Source: Candidatus Latescibacterota bacterium (GTDB taxonomy: Bacteria; Latescibacterota; UBA2968; UBA8231). Taken from it: a stretch of 64,000 nucleotides of DNA. Location: assembly GCA_965215195.1 (NCBI GenBank), contig CBDCDC010000001.1, positions 1,024,001 to 1,088,000 of the forward strand. Reading direction: 5' to 3'. How positions within the stretch are numbered: position 1 is the stretch's first letter; every line of letters starts with the position of its first letter. Of this stretch, positions 1 to 9,930 are shown piece by piece. Below the pieces are notes generated by a model. It did not search any database, was not told where the DNA came from, and worked only from the letters and a program-made list of their open reading frames with translations. The position numbers were made by a program, and so were the translations under genes.

Positions 1-1105
1 GACGCGTACCGGCAACGAGCTAGCGGAGCATCTGCGCTATTTCAAAAAAGACGGCACCGAAGTGAGCAAAGATCAGTACGACAAGCTGCTCTCGATATTC
101 AAGGGGGATATTGTCGCCGAGGAAGTAGTAGGTGGGGATTGGAGCGACTGGAGTCAGCCTAGCGAAGACCCTAGTGGCAGTCCGATTACTTCGCCGTCGC
201 CGCGCGAGTTCCTAGAGATCCGGGCGACCCTACTATCGGACGATCCTTCAGTGAGCGCGACTTTGCGCTCGGTCTGGCTCAACTTCACTCATCCCGTGGT
301 GCAGAGCTTGGTGGGAGAGTTGGAACCGACGATGGTAGAGACGCTGGGGAAAGAGCAGGACTTTTCGCTCTTCGTGCGGCCGAACTTCGACCTCCGCGAT
401 CCCGGCTTCAACGAGTTCCTGCTGGTGGTACCAGCGGATATGACGCTTGAGTTCAACGGTCTATATGCCGGTGCAGACGAGGGGCTGGCTGGCCGCGATA
501 TGGACGGAGTAGCGGTGGCCGATGTCGAGGTTGTAGCGACGGGCGGCGATAGCCTGCGATTGGCCTTTCCGCTGATCGGCCCAGAGTCGGGGGTGGAGCT
601 GTTGCGACTGGATTTCACCACGGCGCTTTTTTCGGCCGGAGCAGTGCTGAAGGCGTCGCTGCAGAATAGCACCTCGGAGGAATGGGATTGGCAGCGGGCG
701 GACCCAGGTGACGCAGTAGAGGCAGTACTCAGCAACACCATGACCTTGAGGGGCGCAATGCAGAGCCGATCACTGCTAGGGGACGTGGTGATGCCAGAGA
801 TCTTTACCCCAAACGGGGATGGGGTCAACGACCAAGCGTCGTTCCACTTTAAGGTAATCAAGGTAGGCGACGATAGTCCGGTAGAGGTGCTGATCTACGA
901 TTTGAGCGGTCGACTAGTGAGGCAGTTGGTTGAGCAGCGCGGGGTGAGTACGGGGGTGTACGGAATTGTGTGGGATGGTCGGGGTGAGTCGGGTGCGGTG
1001 GTCGCACCGGGAGTATATGTGGTGCGCCTGCGGGTGGATACCGACACCCAAGGGGTACGCATCGGGGCTGGGGAGGTCTTGCATACTATTGCTATCGCCT
1101 ACTGA
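1..1105 (+). CDS. Secreted FlgD-Ig/CHU_C C-terminal domain protein (5'-partial), paralogue family subtype B
   Basis: Frame is open from the window start (TRTGNELAEHLRYFKKDG); WSDWS..SP motif; C-terminal FTPNGDGVND...IYDLSGRLVR...WDGR...PGVY. Confidence 0.8.
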   Translation, partial: TRTGNELAEHLRYFKKDGTEVSKDQYDKLLSIFKGDIVAEEVVGGDWSDWSQPSEDPSGSPITSPSPREFLEIRATLLSDDPSVSATLRSVWLNFTHPVVQSLVGELEPTMVETLGKEQDFSLFVRPNFDLRDPGFNEFLLVVPADMTLEFNGLYAGADEGLAGRDMDGVAVADVEVVATGGDSLRLAFPLIGPESGVELLRLDFTTALFSAGAVLKASLQNSTSEEWDWQRADPGDAVEAVLSNTMTLRGAMQSRSLLGDVVMPEIFTPNGDGVNDQASFHFKVIKVGDDSPVEVLIYDLSGRLVRQLVEQRGVSTGVYGIVWDGRGESGAVVAPGVYVVRLRVDTDTQGVRIGAGEVLHTIAIAY

Positions 1106-1107
1106 CG

Positions 1108-2694
1108 ATGGGAAGCATGGCTTTGACGCGGATGATCTGCCTGATCCTTGTGCTGTGCGGCTGCCAAGGGTCGGACATAGCCCCCGCACGGCCACCTGCT
1201 GTCATCGATCCTGCGCTGATCCGCACCCTGCACTTCCAGCCCCCCGATTCCACCGACAGCGAAGGACGTCGTCTGGCCAAGTTGTACTGCCAGAGTTGTC
1301 ACGTCTTCGCCGAGCCTGATCTGCTGGACCAGACGACGCTGCGCGAATGGGTACTGCCGACATTGGCCAAAATTTTGGGGCTACCGTCGGAGTTGGCTGG
1401 ATTGCCGCCTAAGAAGCAAGAGCGGGGGAGAGAAATTCTAAGCCTCTATCCCGAGGAGCCGTTGATACCGGTAGCGGCTTGGGGGCCAATTGTCGAATAC
1501 TACTTGCAGGCTGCGCCTGAGCGACTCTTGCCCCAAAGTGCGCGGACGCCAATCAGCCGCGACTTGGCGCAATTTGACGTCTTGACACCAGAGTATCGCG
1601 TCGAAAGCCCCTTTACGACGCTCGTGGCGATTAATGAGGGACGGATTTACGCAGGGGACTCGCACGAGCGCTCGGTGTCTATCCTCGATGGTCAAGGGCA
1701 GCTCGTGCAGAAGCTGAGGCTCAACCTGACCCCGACTGATATCGACTGGCGCGAAGGGACTATCTGGGTTACCTCAATCGGCTCGCCGTTCCCTTCGGAT
1801 GATCCACAGGGCCAGTTGATGGCAGTAGCCAAGGAAGGCGATACCTTTCTGGCGGTCGGCAAACGGGTGCTGAGAGACCTGTCGCGACCGGTTGTTACTT
1901 CGTTTGCCGATCTGGATGGCGATGGGGCGGAGGAGATCGTCGTCTCCGAGTTCGGCAATCGGCTAGGGCATCTGTCCTATTTTATTGCGAGGGAAGACGG
2001 GGGCTACGAGGAGCGCTTGCTCAACAAGTACCCCGGGGCCATCAGCCACTACGTGCGCGACTTCAACAACGATAGCCGCCCGGACATCGTCGTCTTGATG
2101 GGCCAAGCGCGCGAGGGGGTGTTTATTTACTACAATCGCGGCGACGGCACCTTTGAGGAGTCCTACGTAGTGCAGTGGCCGCCTTCCTACGGGGCTGCAC
2201 ATCTGAGTCTGGTGGATTTCGACGAGGATGGCGACCTCGATCTACTCACTGCCAACGGCGACAACGCCGACTACGCGCTGCTACTCAAACCGTACCACGG
2301 GGTCCGGCTCTATCTCAACGATGGCCACAATCGCTTCGCAGAGGCCTATTTCTTTTCCCTCAACGGTGCCTATAAGGCGCAGGCCGCTGACTTCGATGGC
2401 GATGGCGATCTCGATATAGCCGCAATTGGCTTTTTCGCCGATTACGCCGATGCGCCCGAAGAAGCCTTCGTGTACTTGCGCAACGAGGGCGGAATGCAGT
2501 TTGTGCCCTCGACATTTGACGAGGTGCTAGCGGGCCGCTGGTTGACGATGGATGTGGGCGACGTTGACCTCGATGGCGACGAGGATATCGTTCTCGGCTC
2601 CTTTGCCATGGGCTGGTCTAATGTGTCGGCCGAGCTAGAAGCGAGTTGGCGGCGGGGACCGTCGATATTGATTCTCAAAAATCGACGCTATTAA
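1108..2694 (+). CDS. Lipoprotein with N-terminal c-type heme motif and FG-GAP/VCBS repeats
   Basis: Lipobox LCGC; CQSCH; repeated DxDGDGDxD motifs. Confidence 0.8.
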   Translation: MGSMALTRMICLILVLCGCQGSDIAPARPPAVIDPALIRTLHFQPPDSTDSEGRRLAKLYCQSCHVFAEPDLLDQTTLREWVLPTLAKILGLPSELAGLPPKKQERGREILSLYPEEPLIPVAAWGPIVEYYLQAAPERLLPQSARTPISRDLAQFDVLTPEYRVESPFTTLVAINEGRIYAGDSHERSVSILDGQGQLVQKLRLNLTPTDIDWREGTIWVTSIGSPFPSDDPQGQLMAVAKEGDTFLAVGKRVLRDLSRPVVTSFADLDGDGAEEIVVSEFGNRLGHLSYFIAREDGGYEERLLNKYPGAISHYVRDFNNDSRPDIVVLMGQAREGVFIYYNRGDGTFEESYVVQWPPSYGAAHLSLVDFDEDGDLDLLTANGDNADYALLLKPYHGVRLYLNDGHNRFAEAYFFSLNGAYKAQAADFDGDGDLDIAAIGFFADYADAPEEAFVYLRNEGGMQFVPSTFDEVLAGRWLTMDVGDVDLDGDEDIVLGSFAMGWSNVSAELEASWRRGPSILILKNRRY

Positions 2695-3491
2695 TCGGCT
2701 GAAACCTCGCGAACGATGCGGACGCCTACATCCGGGCTGCGGGCGTCGGGCGGGCTGAAAAAGCGCGAGGCCGAGCGTCCGCCCAGCCCCAAGGTGCCGA
2801 AGGAGCCGCCGCGACCGACGCGGCGCTCGCCCACGGCCGGACCTTGGGGATCGATTTGTTTCTCCGCACCGTATGGCTCCTCCCAGTTGGCGACCCATTC
2901 CCAGACATTGCCGTGCATATCGTAGAGTCCCCAAGCGTTGGGTGCCTTCTGGCCGACGGCATGGGGATATTTCTCGCCGACTGCCCAAGAGTTGCCGCTG
3001 ATCCAAGCATAGTCGGCCAGTACCTGCTCGTCGTCGCCTGAGGACCAGCGCGTGGTGGTACCGGCGCGGCAGGCGTATTCCCATTCGGCTTCGGTGGGAA
3101 AGCGGTAGAGCGCTTTGCCGGCCTTTTTATTTAGCCGCTGGATGAAATGTTCGGCTTCGATCCACGAGATGTAGGTGGCTGGGTATTGCGCTCCTTCTTT
3201 GGCGTACTGGCGTCGCCGCCACGGTTGGGTACCGACGACAGCTCGCCACTGGGCCTGAGTCAGCTCGTACTTGGCGAGGTAAAATCCACGCGAGATCTCG
3301 ACTTGGTGCTGGGGTGCCTCGCTGTCGTCAAGCGGCCCCTTCTCGCCCGGGGCCGCACCCATGGCAAAGGTGCCGGGCGGGATGTAGGCGAACTCCATCA
3401 CTACGGCATCGCCTAGTTCGACCGTCAGCGACTCGGGACCGCGACTGCAGGCGGGCAAGGCCAAGGAAAGGATGAGCAAGGCACGGCACAT
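2691..3491 (-). CDS. Formylglycine-generating enzyme (SUMF1/FGE-sulfatase) family lipoprotein
   Basis: GTFAMG, RFPTEAEWEYACRAG, PNAWGLYDMHGNVWEW, RGGSF. Confidence 0.9.
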   Translation of the reverse strand: MCRALLILSLALPACSRGPESLTVELGDAVVMEFAYIPPGTFAMGAAPGEKGPLDDSEAPQHQVEISRGFYLAKYELTQAQWRAVVGTQPWRRRQYAKEGAQYPATYISWIEAEHFIQRLNKKAGKALYRFPTEAEWEYACRAGTTTRWSSGDDEQVLADYAWISGNSWAVGEKYPHAVGQKAPNAWGLYDMHGNVWEWVANWEEPYGAEKQIDPQGPAVGERRVGRGGSFGTLGLGGRSASRFFSPPDARSPDVGVRIVREVSAD

Positions 3492-3533
3492 CGTAGATTA
3501 AAAATAAATTGGCGGAAAAATTCCTAGCAAGGG

Positions 3534-5363
3534 TCAGGGAAAAAGGCCCTGCCCTTCGCGCACCGTGAGGATGCGGTCCGCTTGGATTTCGGCGAAGCGG
3601 TCAATCTGACCGCTGGGCCAATGCACTTCGAGTCGTCGCACCATACTTTCCGCGCCCAAGCCAAAGTGGGCGCGGATATCGTCTTGACCCAGAAAGCTGC
3701 TGCCGGCGCGGATTTCGCGTATCTGAGTACCGACGCTGGTTTCGACGACGACGACGGTGCCGATCCCGTCGCGGTTGCTTTCTACGCCTTGGACGCGGAC
3801 GATAAGCCAATGGTTGCTGGTCGGTGAATCGTTGCGCAAAAGCGAGGGCGTTGAGTCGAGGTTATGGACGGCAATGTCGATATCGCCGTCGTTGTCAAAG
3901 TCGGCCAAGACCGCGCCGCGGCTCAATTCTTCAATGGCAAAACCCGGCCCGGCCACTGCGGTGGCCTCCTCGAAGCGCCCGTCGCCCTTGCTGAGAAAGA
4001 GTTGGTTTTTTTGCCTGTAGGAGGCCCCGCGCTCAAGTTGCTCAACTTGGGGATAGACGTGGCCATTGGCCACGAATAGGTCTTGCCAGCCATCGTTGTC
4101 AAAGTCGGCAAAGCCCGTGCCCCAACCGACGAAGGGCCAGGTGGGATAGATGAGCCCGGCGGTGGCAGTGGCATCCTTGAAGAAGCCGCGGCCATCGTTC
4201 TGGTAGAGGGTGTTGTAGTCGAGAGCGAAGTTGGTGACGTAGAGGTCGAAATCGCCGTCGTTGTCGTAATCGGCCGACGCCGCGCCCATACATGCTTGGG
4301 CATCGCCGCTTTCGAGCAAGGCCACGGCTGCCTCCAACGCTTTCTCCGCGAAGGTGCCATTGCCCTGATTGCGGTAGAACATATTGGGACCTGCGTCGTT
4401 GGCGACGAAGATATCTTGGTCGCCGTCGCGGTCGAAGTCGCTAAAGAGCGGGGTAAAGCCATAGCGCTTATAGTGATCGGTGACGCCGACTGCTTGGGTA
4501 ACATCGGTGAAGATGCCGTCGCCTTCGTTGCGATAGAGCGCATCGGCCGCGCCGACTAGGCCGCGGGGGCCATACATGACGTTCAGGCCGCGCCACATTC
4601 CCGCGTCGGCCCCCTTGGGAATGGCGTTGACATCAAAGTCGATATAGTTCGCCACGTAGAGGTCAAGGTCGCCATCGTTATCGTAGTCGCTCCACGCGGC
4701 ACCAGTACTCCAGCGAGCATCGTCGATGCCGGCCAACGAGGCATGGTCGGTGAAGGTGCCGTTGCCGGCGTTCCGGTAGAAGCGGTTGGGGCCGTAGTTG
4801 GCGACATAGAGGTCCGGGGCGCCGTCGTTGTCGTAGTCGGCGGCTACTGCGCCCATACCCCAGCGCATGTCATTGACGCCAGTGGCGGCGGCGACGTCTT
4901 GGAACGTCGCATCACCTACATTTTGGTAGAGGGCGTTGCGGGGGGCGGTCTCGGGCGGGAAGCCTTCGAGGGTCGATCCGTTGACGATATAGAGGTCAAG
5001 GTCGCCGTCTTGGTCGTAGTCAAAGGCAGCGAGGCTGCCGCCCTTGGCCTCGACAATGTAGTGCTTGTCTGGGCTGCCGCAGATGTTGCGTAGGGTCAGA
5101 CCGGCTAGTTGAGCTACTTCCACGAAGTGAACGCGGGGCAGGCGCTGCTCTGCTGGAGCGCAGCCAACTAAAAGACAGGCGAGGCCAATGCGCCACGCCG
5201 AAAAGGGATGTTCGTACAACTTATTTGGTATCTTGTATCTTTGTGTCCTGTGCCCCAAAATACCCATATCCGCTGGAGGCCGCCAGTCAGTTGAGGGCGC
5301 GTCGGCCGGGAAAGGCGGACTAAGACGCGATAGAAAAGGGGACATTTTGCTTGGTTGTGACAA
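3534..5363 (-). CDS. CRTAC1-family (FG-GAP + ASPIC/UnbV) lipoprotein; true start probably near 5219
   Basis: Many DYDNDGDLDLYVAN repeats; C-terminal NRDGIG...GSSFLGQ..HFGLG...WPSG; lipobox LVGC. Confidence 0.88.
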   Translation of the reverse strand: MSQPSKMSPFLSRLSPPFPADAPSTDWRPPADMGILGHRTQRYKIPNKLYEHPFSAWRIGLACLLVGCAPAEQRLPRVHFVEVAQLAGLTLRNICGSPDKHYIVEAKGGSLAAFDYDQDGDLDLYIVNGSTLEGFPPETAPRNALYQNVGDATFQDVAAATGVNDMRWGMGAVAADYDNDGAPDLYVANYGPNRFYRNAGNGTFTDHASLAGIDDARWSTGAAWSDYDNDGDLDLYVANYIDFDVNAIPKGADAGMWRGLNVMYGPRGLVGAADALYRNEGDGIFTDVTQAVGVTDHYKRYGFTPLFSDFDRDGDQDIFVANDAGPNMFYRNQGNGTFAEKALEAAVALLESGDAQACMGAASADYDNDGDFDLYVTNFALDYNTLYQNDGRGFFKDATATAGLIYPTWPFVGWGTGFADFDNDGWQDLFVANGHVYPQVEQLERGASYRQKNQLFLSKGDGRFEEATAVAGPGFAIEELSRGAVLADFDNDGDIDIAVHNLDSTPSLLRNDSPTSNHWLIVRVQGVESNRDGIGTVVVVETSVGTQIREIRAGSSFLGQDDIRAHFGLGAESMVRRLEVHWPSGQIDRFAEIQADRILTVREGQGLFP

Positions 5364-6540
5364 AGGTCCGCAACGGAGTTATGGGCTGGGCCTGCTGGGA
5401 GCCGGGTTGATGCTTGGTGGTTATTGGCTGATCTGGGGGTCGGTTGCTGGGTTTGTCAACTCCATTGACCACGGCGAGCAGATCTTTGGCGATTTTCGGC
5501 GCTTCTACTATCCGATGGGCGAGGTGCTTTTTGCCGAAAAGTGGCCGGTTCGGGGGTACTACTATACCTCGTTTTTTGCATTGGGGCTGAGCCTCATGGC
5601 ACTCTTGCCGCTAGCGGCGGCGACTGTTTTGTGGGGGCTTTTGCAGGTGGGGTGGGCGGCAGTGTTCTGCTACGTATCTGGCCGCTATGTGCTCGGACTC
5701 TCCGCTCGGGGCCTGCTGGTTTATTCGTTGTTGTTGCTGGCTTCCTTTCCCTTGTTGCACAATTTCAAGTGGGGGCAGGTCAGTGTGTTGGTGACGCTTG
5801 GCATTTCATCGGCGTTTGCGCTGCACCAGCAGGGTCGAAGCGCACTGGGAGGGATAGTCTTGGCGCTGGTTACCTGTATCAAGTACTATCCCGTCGCGTT
5901 TGTCGTTTATTTTTTTGTCCGCCGCGACGGGCGTTTCCTCGCAGCTTTCGGAATTGGCTTGTTGGGGTTTTACTGCCTGCTGCCAGCCGCGTTGTTGGGG
6001 CCTGTGGATTGGTGGTACTTCGAGCGAGCAACCGCACAATCGCTGCCGGAGACGGCACGGCTCCTCAGCGATTTTAATACCCAGTATTTTGTCCATGTAC
6101 TCAACCGCTGGGGGCAGCTGCTGGGGTATCGCCTTTTGGAATCAACGCTCAATGTGCTACGGCTCGCAGGGGTACTGGTCTTTTGTGCCAACAGCGTCGT
6201 GATGTGGTGGTTACACAAGCGAAAAATCACTCATAGGGTGCCCCTATCGGCCGCGGCGCTCTTTATCGCCTTGCCGTTTGTGGTGCAGACCTCGTGGCCC
6301 CACTACTTCGTCTTTTTGCCCTTTTGCCAAGCGTCCTTGTGGGTGGTGCTCAGTGACGCCCGGGTGCATTGGCTGTGGCGGGTGCCAGTTGTGTGCTCGG
6401 CGGTGCTGGCGAGTGGGTATTGCTTTGCCTTGTTCCCAAGCTGGCGGTTGTACAACGGGGTGGGTGCGTTGTGGCTAGCCGATGCGGCCTTGTTGTGCTC
6501 GCTCTACGGCTTGGTCCTACGGCGAAGGCCGCACGAATGA
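5188..6540 (+). CDS. GT87/DUF2029-like GT-C membrane glycosyltransferase; true start probably near 5347
   Basis: GDFRRFYY, NFKWGQVS, IKYYP, SWPHYF motifs; multiple TM segments. Confidence 0.75.
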   Translation: MRHAEKGCSYNLFGILYLCVLCPKIPISAGGRQSVEGASAGKGGLRRDRKGDILLGCDKGPQRSYGLGLLGAGLMLGGYWLIWGSVAGFVNSIDHGEQIFGDFRRFYYPMGEVLFAEKWPVRGYYYTSFFALGLSLMALLPLAAATVLWGLLQVGWAAVFCYVSGRYVLGLSARGLLVYSLLLLASFPLLHNFKWGQVSVLVTLGISSAFALHQQGRSALGGIVLALVTCIKYYPVAFVVYFFVRRDGRFLAAFGIGLLGFYCLLPAALLGPVDWWYFERATAQSLPETARLLSDFNTQYFVHVLNRWGQLLGYRLLESTLNVLRLAGVLVFCANSVVMWWLHKRKITHRVPLSAAALFIALPFVVQTSWPHYFVFLPFCQASLWVVLSDARVHWLWRVPVVCSAVLASGYCFALFPSWRLYNGVGALWLADAALLCSLYGLVLRRRPHE

Positions 6541-8306
6541 CTCGCCTGTTGCTGCTACTGGTAGCCTATGCTGCTTGCGAGCCTGCTCCGCCCGTCCTTC
6601 CTGGTCCTTTTCGGGTGGCCCAAGACGCCGGACTTGACTTCGCTTATACTAGCGGCGCGGCGGGCGATTACTTTCTTATTGAGACCATGGGCGCTGGCGG
6701 GGCCTTTCTCGACTACGACCAAGATGGCTGGCTCGACATCTACTTGGTGGATGGGTTCGACTTGTCGCATCTGCGCGGCCAGTACCCACCGATCAACCTC
6801 AGCTACCGCGACGAGACCCACTACTGGGTGGAAAAGGACTACCGGCCCAGCCTGAGTTTCAAGGGCCTAGTTGACGAAAGTGCCTACCAAGTTGCCCCGG
6901 CCACCACTCATCCACCCAAGAGAAATAGACTCTACCGCAACGAGGGAGACGGGACGTTTTGCGAGGTAGAAGGTGCGGCCGGGGCGGACGATACCGGCTA
7001 TGGCATGGGCGTGGCTGTCGGCGACTTTGATGCGGATGGCGACCCAGACCTCTACGTCACCAACTACGGCCCCAATGTCCTTTATCGCAACGACGGGGGC
7101 GCGTTTGTCGATGTTACCGAAAAAGCCGGCGTGGGGGATCCGCGCTGGAGCACCAGTGCCCTGTTCTTCGACTGCGATAACGACGGTGACCTCGACCTTT
7201 ACGCGGCTAATTACCTCGACTTTTATCCGGCCAACAACCGCGTTTGCGGCGGCACCATTACCCCTAAGCGCCGACGCCAAGAGTTGCTGAAAATTCCCTT
7301 CGCACTACGCACCTATTGCAGCCCGCGCCGCTACAATGGCGTCCCGGATGTGCTCTACCGCAACGATGGCACTACCTTTGTCGATGTCACGGAACAGGCG
7401 GGGCTCTTCAACCGCTTTGGCAAGGGCTTGGGGGTGCTGGCCAGCGACTTTGATGCGGATGGCGATACGGATCTCTACGTGGCCAATGACGGGGTCCGCA
7501 ATGCGCTCTACCGCAACGACAGCGGCACCTTCGTCGACATCGCGCTCTCCGCTGGGGCCGCGTACAATGGCAACGGCCGAGCCGAGGCCGGCATGGGCGT
7601 GGCTGCTGGCGACGTTGACGCGGATGGCGACCCAGATATTTTTGTCACCAACTTCTCGCGCGAAAGCAATACGTTCTACCGCAACGACGGAGCCCACCGC
7701 TTCACCGATAGCGGAGCGGCTATCGGCCTCGCCGACCCGAGTCTGCGACCCTTGGGTTTTGGTACCCTGTTTTTCGACGCGGACAACGACGGTGACCTCG
7801 ATCTCTACGTCGCCAACGGGCATGTCATGGACCGGATTCAGCTCCTCGAAGAAGATCTCCGCTACGCCCAACCCGACCAGCTTTTCGCCAACAGTGGCGG
7901 CCAGTTCCACGACGTGTCAGCGGCGGCCGGCCCAGCCTTTTCTCGGGCCGCGGTCTCGCGTGGCGCGGCGTATGGCGACTACGACGCCGATGGCGACCTC
8001 GATTTGTTAGTCACTCACTCCAGCGGTCCAGTGGTCCTCTACCGCAACGACCTACCACCTCGTTCTCATTGGCTCTTGGTGGAAGGCCTAGTGACCGGTA
8101 CCCGCGTCCGCCTGCTGTGCGATGACCACCAGCAGACGCGGACCGTCTCTGCTGGCGGCAGCTACCTATCGGTCAACGATCCACGCCTCCACTTTGGCTT
8201 GGGGGGGTGCGCCCGCATTGAGCATCTCGAAATTCGCTGGCCGGATGGTGCGCGGACCGACCACTACGACTTGGCCGTCGACCAAGTACTCCGCAGCGGA
8301 CGATGA
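6537..8306 (+). CDS. CRTAC1-family (FG-GAP + ASPIC/UnbV) lipoprotein
   Basis: ATG 6537 overlaps the upstream stop (ATGA); lipobox-like YAAC; FG-GAP repeats; GGSYLS..DPRLHFGLG..WPDG. Confidence 0.88.
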   Translation: MTRLLLLLVAYAACEPAPPVLPGPFRVAQDAGLDFAYTSGAAGDYFLIETMGAGGAFLDYDQDGWLDIYLVDGFDLSHLRGQYPPINLSYRDETHYWVEKDYRPSLSFKGLVDESAYQVAPATTHPPKRNRLYRNEGDGTFCEVEGAAGADDTGYGMGVAVGDFDADGDPDLYVTNYGPNVLYRNDGGAFVDVTEKAGVGDPRWSTSALFFDCDNDGDLDLYAANYLDFYPANNRVCGGTITPKRRRQELLKIPFALRTYCSPRRYNGVPDVLYRNDGTTFVDVTEQAGLFNRFGKGLGVLASDFDADGDTDLYVANDGVRNALYRNDSGTFVDIALSAGAAYNGNGRAEAGMGVAAGDVDADGDPDIFVTNFSRESNTFYRNDGAHRFTDSGAAIGLADPSLRPLGFGTLFFDADNDGDLDLYVANGHVMDRIQLLEEDLRYAQPDQLFANSGGQFHDVSAAAGPAFSRAAVSRGAAYGDYDADGDLDLLVTHSSGPVVLYRNDLPPRSHWLLVEGLVTGTRVRLLCDDHQQTRTVSAGGSYLSVNDPRLHFGLGGCARIEHLEIRWPDGARTDHYDLAVDQVLRSGR

Positions 8307-9913
8307 ACCAGCGCGAACGCCTGCTCTACGCCTTGCTCCTGCTGTTGGCTGGTGCCGTGCTCTGCTATGGCTGGAAACTGTATTGGTTTCTCACCGACGA
8401 TGCCTACATTTCCTTTCGCTACATAAGCAACTGGACCTTGGGTTACGGTCCGGTGTGGAACCCGCCCCCGTTTCGCCCAGTTGAGGGCTACACCAATTTT
8501 CTCTGGCTCGTCTTGCTCTATGGGGTCTGGCAGGTCTTAGGCGTCGCCCCTCCCGAGGCGGCCAATTACCTCACCCTGTGCTTTGCCCTATGCTCGCTGT
8601 GCATTGCTTCGCAGATGCTGCTGCGCGTGCCTTGGTCGCCCAAGCTGCGTCCCTATCGTTTAGCCTTCCTCGCCCTCTTGCTGCTCGCAGTGACCACCAA
8701 CCGCACTTTCTTGGCTTGGAGCAGCTCGGGCTTGGAAACAGCGCTGTTTGGTTGCTTGGTCCTCGCTTGGACCTATGCCTGCGCTTTTGTTGCTCCTAGC
8801 CACCAGAGATGGCCTTTAGCTATTTCCTCCTCGGTCACCGGTATCTATTTGACGCGCCCCGATGGCCTGCTTTTCCTCGGTGCCACTGCTGTCGCGCTCT
8901 TGTGGGCTTGGCGCACCGGCTGCTATCCCGCTCGGCGACTCGCCCATGCTCTGCCCTTGCTGGCCGCGCCGCTGCATCTGCTCTGGCGTCAGAGCTTCTA
9001 CGGCGAATGGCTGCCCAATACCTACTATGCCAAAGCCGTCGGGGCTTGGCCGGCCAGTGGCCTCCGCTACGCGCTCTCTTTTATTCTCGAATACGCCCTA
9101 TGGATGTGGGGACTGCTTTTGGTCTATGTGCTATGGAAAAAGAGGGGAGCACTCAGGCCATCTTGGAACGGGCTGCTCGCCGTGCTCGCACTTTGTGGAC
9201 ACGTTGCGTATTACACATTTTTCCACGGTGGCGACCACTTTGAGTACCGGATTTACGCGCACTTGGTGCCTTTGTGCTACCTCGCCTTTGCGTGGTGCCT
9301 AAACGCCGTGGGGATCCAACCGAAAAAAGCGCTTGCGGCCCTCGGCCTCTCGGTTGTCCTCTCCTGGCCGATTCCTTGGATCCATTGGTCCCAGACCCAC
9401 CACATCGCCAGCCGCGGCCAGACCTTACAACTCAAAGTGCCCGTGGCCCCTCACTTTTTCGCCCCGATCCGCTGGTACGCGGCTGCTTTTGACGATCTGC
9501 AATACTGGCTCATTGATCGTTTTGTCTGCATCCGCCACCAAGAACATAAAGCCAACGCGCAATTCCTTGCCGAGATGTTCCCTCCTCGTACTCAGGGTCA
9601 GTTTCTACCCGCGGTCGACTATCCGGTTTTTTTCTTTCCCGCCATCGGCATCCCGGCTTGGCACCTGCCTCACATCAACATCCTCGACGTTCACGGCCTC
9701 AACGACTACGTCATCGCCCGCACTTCCCCCGAGCCGACAGCCAAGCGCATAATGGCCCACGAGCGCACGCCGCCGGCTGGTTATGTAGAGTGCTTCCAGC
9801 CCAATGTCCGCCTCGTCGCCCCCGGGCAAGTTAAGGTGTTCCCCCGCGCACTCTCAGCCGACCAAATTGCCGACTGCGAGACCCGATGGGCGGCGTCTCT
9901 TACTGCCCGTTAG
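8303..9913 (+). CDS. AftB-like GT-C membrane glycosyltransferase
   Basis: TDDAYISFRY..N...GYGPVWN...VEGYTNFLW, SGLET, TRPDG, PNTYYAK, GGD, DVHGLND. Confidence 0.75.
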   Translation: MNQRERLLYALLLLLAGAVLCYGWKLYWFLTDDAYISFRYISNWTLGYGPVWNPPPFRPVEGYTNFLWLVLLYGVWQVLGVAPPEAANYLTLCFALCSLCIASQMLLRVPWSPKLRPYRLAFLALLLLAVTTNRTFLAWSSSGLETALFGCLVLAWTYACAFVAPSHQRWPLAISSSVTGIYLTRPDGLLFLGATAVALLWAWRTGCYPARRLAHALPLLAAPLHLLWRQSFYGEWLPNTYYAKAVGAWPASGLRYALSFILEYALWMWGLLLVYVLWKKRGALRPSWNGLLAVLALCGHVAYYTFFHGGDHFEYRIYAHLVPLCYLAFAWCLNAVGIQPKKALAALGLSVVLSWPIPWIHWSQTHHIASRGQTLQLKVPVAPHFFAPIRWYAAAFDDLQYWLIDRFVCIRHQEHKANAQFLAEMFPPRTQGQFLPAVDYPVFFFPAIGIPAWHLPHINILDVHGLNDYVIARTSPEPTAKRIMAHERTPPAGYVECFQPNVRLVAPGQVKVFPRALSADQIADCETRWAASLTAR

Positions 9914-9930
9914 GCTGGCGAGCCGTCCCC

